The notes under the pieces are model-generated. The model was not told the DNA's origin, did no database searches, and saw only the letters and a list, made by a program, of their open reading frames with translations. DNA of 64,000 bases from NCBI GenBank assembly GCA_011109175.1, contig RDEW01000026.1:823695-887694 (forward strand), read 5' to 3'. The position numbers were made by a program, and so were the translations under genes. Shown in pieces: positions 61,163 through 64,000 of the stretch (the first letter of the stretch is position 1; the number at the start of each line of letters is the position of its first letter). This DNA is from Dicyema japonicum (lineage: Eukaryota; Animalia; Dicyemida).

Positions 61163-62804
61163 CAGGGGTCTAAATCAATCCAGATCGATCGTAAGGGGGT
61201 CGAAAATGAAATATTTGGGGGTCGAAAATAAATTTAATATATTTAATCTTTTTCAATTTAAATTAAGTTAGTTTAAAGTGGAAAACCTTTGTTCTTTAAA
61301 ATTTTTAAAATTACCATGCTTGTTTTTGTTGTCGTCCTTCTACATTAAAAATTCGTCAATATAAAAATGAATATTTGGCATTTGGATTTATAAAAAATTC
61401 TTTTGATAATAGACCACATTGTTTACTGTGTAATAAGTCATTATCAAATGATGCAATGAAACCGTCCAAATTGTTGGATCATCTTAGGAGAAAACATTCG
61501 GATAAAAAAGATAAACCATTAGAGTATTTTGAAGAATTAAAGGATTCTTTTCGTAAACAAAAAACGATTGAAACTGTTTTTACAAATAGTAGTGAAAGAA
61601 ACAATAGTTGTTGTTATTTTAAATTATATTTAGAAGGACTAATTGCATCCTATAAAATTGCAATGATTATTGCAAAAAATGAGAGTTCCAATGATTCAAT
61701 TCGCCGCAGGATTGACGAAATGTCAGATAATGTTGAACATATTTTATGTGAAAGGCTTAAAAATACTATTTTTTCGCTTCAAATTGACGAAAGTCATATA
61801 TGTGATAACCAATCAATTCTAATGGGATATGTCAGGTTAATCTTATTAGAAGCTTACGATATAGATATTTTGACGATCATGCTCTTCTTACAGAAGATTT
61901 ATTATTCGTCAAATATTTGGAAACTGATACGACTGGATTTTCTATTTTTTTGTAGTTAAATTATTTTTGGATGACAAGAAGATTCCATATGAAAATTTGG
62001 TTTCTTGTGCCACAGATGGTGCAATGTCTATGGTTGGAAAATATAAAGGATTTGCGGCATATTTGAAAAAAATATGTCTAAATGTGATTCATATACATTG
62101 CGTTTTACATAGACAACATTTGGTTTCAAAAGCTCTTTCGCCAATTCTACATGAAACGTTAAATATAGTTATTAAAACCATAAACAAAATTAAAGCAAAC
62201 AGCAAGTATGACCGTCTTTTAGAAAATTTTGCTATGAGGCTAAAACAACATATGTCCGTCTTGTGCTTCACACTGAGGTTATAGTTTCCAATTTTATTTT
62301 ATAGTATCAAAGGGAAATGCATTAGAACGATTTTCAATATTGTTTGACACAATCGTAAATTTTCTTACTTCTGAGGGTGATAAAAATTTAGCAGATTTAA
62401 TTGTATCGAAAAAGAAAGAAATTGTTTATTTGACTTGGATTTTTGGAAAATTTAATAAAGTTTCATTAGAACTTCAGGGAAAGTATGTGACGCTAATAGA
62501 TTGTAAAAGAATTATTCAAATATTTATCAAAAAAATTAAGTTATATATATCAGTCACAGGGATCCCAATGCTATTTAATTCTTTTTTTAATTATAGATTT
62601 ATGCTAAGATACCAACTTAACATCGAGTATATACTTTTTTTTGTTTGATTTGATTATTAACAATGAATTTATTTTAGATAATTAACTAATTTTACTTAGA
62701 ATTGTCTGTTCTAAATAAAAAAGTTTTAAGGGGTCGATTAAATAATATGGGGGTCGAAAAAAAAGTCAAGGGGTCGACGAGCAAAAAAAGGTTGAGAACC
62801 CCTG
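61163..62804 (+). mobile_element. hAT (Buster/ZBED5-like) element, internally deleted, both ends present
   Basis: Perfect 8-bp TSD CTCTAAAC (61155-61162 and 62805-62812); CAGGGGT..ACCCCTG termini; subterminal GGGGTCGA repeats; BED finger (CLLC..KLLDHL), LQIDES, CATDGA, HCVLHRQHL. Confidence 0.92.
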
Positions 62805-62944
62805 CTCTAAACTGTCTTCTATGTAACGCATCGAGAGCCATCGATTCCACAATCGAACAGGCCCAAGTACCAGCAATATATGTTAGTATTCACAAATGCA
62901 TTAATCATGCACATCCGTAGATTATGATTTAAATAAATTATATT

Positions 62945-63169
62945 AATGCTAAGAACAGGAATGCTGTTTGTGATCTTAATGAGCAGATGCTCAAAATTCA
63001 AACCAAGAACAGCGGTTATTTCGTCGAATGGATCTCCAACAACGTCAAGACTGTCGTTTTTGATATTACCCTTCGTGGATTGATGATGTCTGCGACTTTT
63101 TTTGGAAACTCTACTGCCATCCAGAAACTTTTCAAGCGTTTATCAAAGCAATTTATTTCTATGTCCAGA
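62945..63169 (+). pseudogene. TUBB: Beta-tubulin fragment
   Basis: AKNRNAVCD, then a deletion of about 60 nt, then [51 protein letters not shown], matching the beta-tubulin C-terminal region. Confidence 0.9.
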
Positions 63170-63230
63170 TACACTAAATTAGTTGTTTACTGTTAACTTC
63201 TTTCTCGGTGTATCCGGGTTAAAAATAAAG
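63168..63230 (+). mobile_element. RTE 3' terminal tail fused to the tubulin fragment
   Basis: About 60 bp near-identical to the reverse complement of 41401-41460 (GATACACT.AATTAGTTGTTTACT..AACTTCTTTCTCGGTGTATCCGGG). Confidence 0.85.
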
Positions 63231-64000
63231 TATGTGGCTACGTCCATTATGTGAGGACGTCCATTATGTGAGGACCATTTAACTTCCTGTTTAAATTATG
63301 TTGAGCCTAATTTAAGTCAACAAATATACAACTACAATGTATTTTTGTTTTCAGCTTCCTCAATACAAAAGAGTCGCAACTCTCGACCATTTTAGTGATA
63401 TAGGCCGCGGATTCCTTGAAACTTAAAGGATATTGCTTGATGTTTGCACTTCTCTTCAGTCAATGGAATTATCGAGTTGTCCCTATTCACTGAATATCTT
63501 AATTATTTGAATTGCTTCTCGTATTAATTCCACCAGAACCATATTTTATAATTGATATTTTCAAAAAATACTATATATAAGTTTTATTTTTTTAATTAAT
63601 TTTTTACAATGAAATATTTTCTGAAAAAAATATTTTTTTCGTATTTGAGCACTGGACTGTGACATTTAATATCCACTTGATCTTGCCCAGCCCACGTGGG
63701 AGAGTAGGTTTGAGACCATTACTACAAATAGTTGATACAAGTGTTCGATATCCCCGATTTTTACTAAAAATAAAAATACACTTATCAAGATAACGGATAG
63801 TATTTTCTAATACGAACTCGTAAATTGAAGAACTCTCAACACCTCTTTCTAAGAAAACTAAAGGGGAGCTGAAAATTAACAGAGTTGCTTGATCTATTAA
63901 GGCATAGTTAATGTCATCTCTTCAAGGCCCCTATTAATGGACTTGGAAGACATAGATACGCAAATGTCTCGGTTTGTACTTGGATAAGTCTGCTTGGGAG

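Noticed and set aside
63240-63273. 17-bp tandem duplication (also short duplications near 32040-32100 and 52925-53085)
   Set aside because: Two-copy local duplications with no further structure; ordinary slippage or repair products.
1-64000. Alternative genetic code explaining in-frame stops
   Set aside because: Stops in conserved genes disappear when short GT-AG introns are removed; the remaining stops are in decayed transposons.

Overview
Eukaryotic (animal) nuclear DNA: AT-rich, with compact host genes split by 18-27 nt GT-AG micro-introns and separated by decayed transposons. Metazoan-type genes, tiny introns and CRE-clade retroelements suggest a reduced parasite such as a myxozoan cnidarian or a dicyemid; this is inference. 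Host genes assembled by hand, all on the minus strand: SNRPE, SLC4A1AP/kanadaptin, a compact MED13, a PHF14-like gene and DDX55. A family of divergent double C-type-lectin-like type-I membrane protein genes occurs three times (about 4.7-6.5, 15.8-16.7 and 27.1-27.8 kb); copy A has an expanded 63-bp (21-aa) glycosylatable stalk repeat. Also present: an intron-retaining ankyrin ZU5-UPA pseudogene and a beta-tubulin fragment fused to an RTE 3' tail. Mobile elements include RTE, Jockey/I-like and CRE-like non-LTR retrotransposons, a tRNA-derived SINE family (4 copies, 3 with clear TSDs, plus a diverged relative), and pogo/Tigger, Tc1/IS630, hAT and Mutator remnants. No rRNA, tRNA gene or CRISPR array was found. 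Single-base frameshifts in essential genes suggest some indels may be assembly errors. All homology calls are from motif recall, not database searches.
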